In this document: positions 57,298 through 57,860 of the stretch, in pieces
Position numbering within the stretch: position 1 is the first letter of the stretch
Layout of the letters: every line of letters begins with the position of its first letter
Source: a virus
Taxonomy: Duplodnaviria; Caudoviricetes
IMG/VR virus record: IMGVR_UViG_3300028920_002366
Location: 1 to 57,860 of that record
Length of the DNA: 57,860 bases
Reading direction: 5' to 3' (one strand)
The notes under the pieces: model-generated
The model's database searches: none
What the model was told of the DNA's origin: nothing
The model's input: only the letters and a program-made list of their open reading frames with translations
Translations under genes and position numbers: made by a program

Positions 57298-57347
57298 TGT
57301 TAAGCAAAACAGAAAAAATTATTAACATTGTAACACAAAGGAGTTGA
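57297..57347 (+). other. Linker mini-ORF MLSKTEKIINIVTQRS (recT-start remnant)
   Basis: One mismatch to 1444-1494. Confidence 0.7.
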
Positions 57348-57349
57348 AA

Positions 57350-57860
57350 ATGCCAACACTATATAGCACAGACGGAACAATGATAGATAGTTCTAACGAA
57401 TTGTCGCTCACAGAGTTAGTACGGAAGAACAAGAAGAAACTTTTGGAAGCTGATCTCCGAGTAGCAGATCTCCGAAAAATCAATTTGCAAAAAGCCGATT
57501 TCAGTTACACTGATCTCCGGGAAGCTGATCTCCGGGAAGCTGATCTCCGGGAAGCTGATCTCCGGGAAGCTGATCTCAGTTACGCTGATCTCCGAGAAGC
57601 AAATCTCAGTTACGCTGATCTCCGTGAAGCTGATCTCTGTTACGCTGATCTCCGGAAAGCAGTACTTGAGGATATTAATTTTCAAGGTACAGATCTCCGA
57701 AAAGCCAATCTTCGAAAAGCAAATCTCCGAAAAGCCAATCTTAGTTTTGCTGATCTCCGGAAAGCCAATCTACAGGGAGTCGATCTCCAGAGAGCCGATT
57801 TCAGAAAAGCCAATCTCCGGAAAGCAGATGTTAAGGAAGCCAATCTCAATTACGCCAATC
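57350..57860 (+). CDS. Pentapeptide repeat protein, copy H (runs off the window end)
   Basis: RBS followed by MPTLYSTDGTMIDSSNELSLTELV; open to the end of the window. Not in the ORF track. Confidence 0.85.
   Translation, partial: MPTLYSTDGTMIDSSNELSLTELVRKNKKKLLEADLRVADLRKINLQKADFSYTDLREADLREADLREADLREADLSYADLREANLSYADLREADLCYADLRKAVLEDINFQGTDLRKANLRKANLRKANLSFADLRKANLQGVDLQRADFRKANLRKADVKEANLNYAN

Larger units (their letters stand above)
1..57860. mobile_element. Tailed bacteriophage (siphovirus-like) genome, near complete
   Basis: Terminase, portal, scaffold, capsid, tail tube, chaperone, tape measure, primase, RecT and YqaJ are present. There is no sheath gene and no host housekeeping gene. 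Confidence 0.95.

Noticed and set aside
146-57860. Diversity-generating retroelement (template/variable repeat pairs among the cassette copies)
   Set aside because: There is no reverse transcriptase in the window. Differences are not adenine-restricted and include whole-module gains and losses.

Overview
An AT-rich, near-complete tailed-phage (siphovirus-like) genome. Almost every gene is on the + strand; the exception is one HNH nuclease. It carries packaging genes (terS, terL, portal; 4.4-7.9 kb), a head-tail module (33.2-53.3 kb), replication genes (DnaG primase, initiator, loader-like; 54-56.3 kb), a split Red-like recombination pair (RecT, YqaJ), a ThyX-like gene and a dUTPase. I recognise no integrase, endolysin, helicase, reverse transcriptase, tRNA or CRISPR array. 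Two things stand out. (1) There are eight co-oriented, GC-richer copies of one pentapeptide-repeat gene (about 6.5 kb, ~11% of the window). They share conserved N- and C-terminal caps around a variable core of 15-nt modules, share blocks with one another in a patchwork, and sit exactly at gene junctions. One copy is fused to a duplicated promoter and gene start, and two pairs are joined by a linker derived from the recT start. This looks like a recombination-driven diversification or shuffling system without a reverse transcriptase, although mis-assembly at the repeats must be excluded. (2) About 16 glycan-building genes (glycosyltransferases, methyltransferases, a sulfotransferase, an aldolase and a CMP-transferase) fill the ~25 kb between the portal and head genes. 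All functional calls come from motif recognition by eye, not from database searches.
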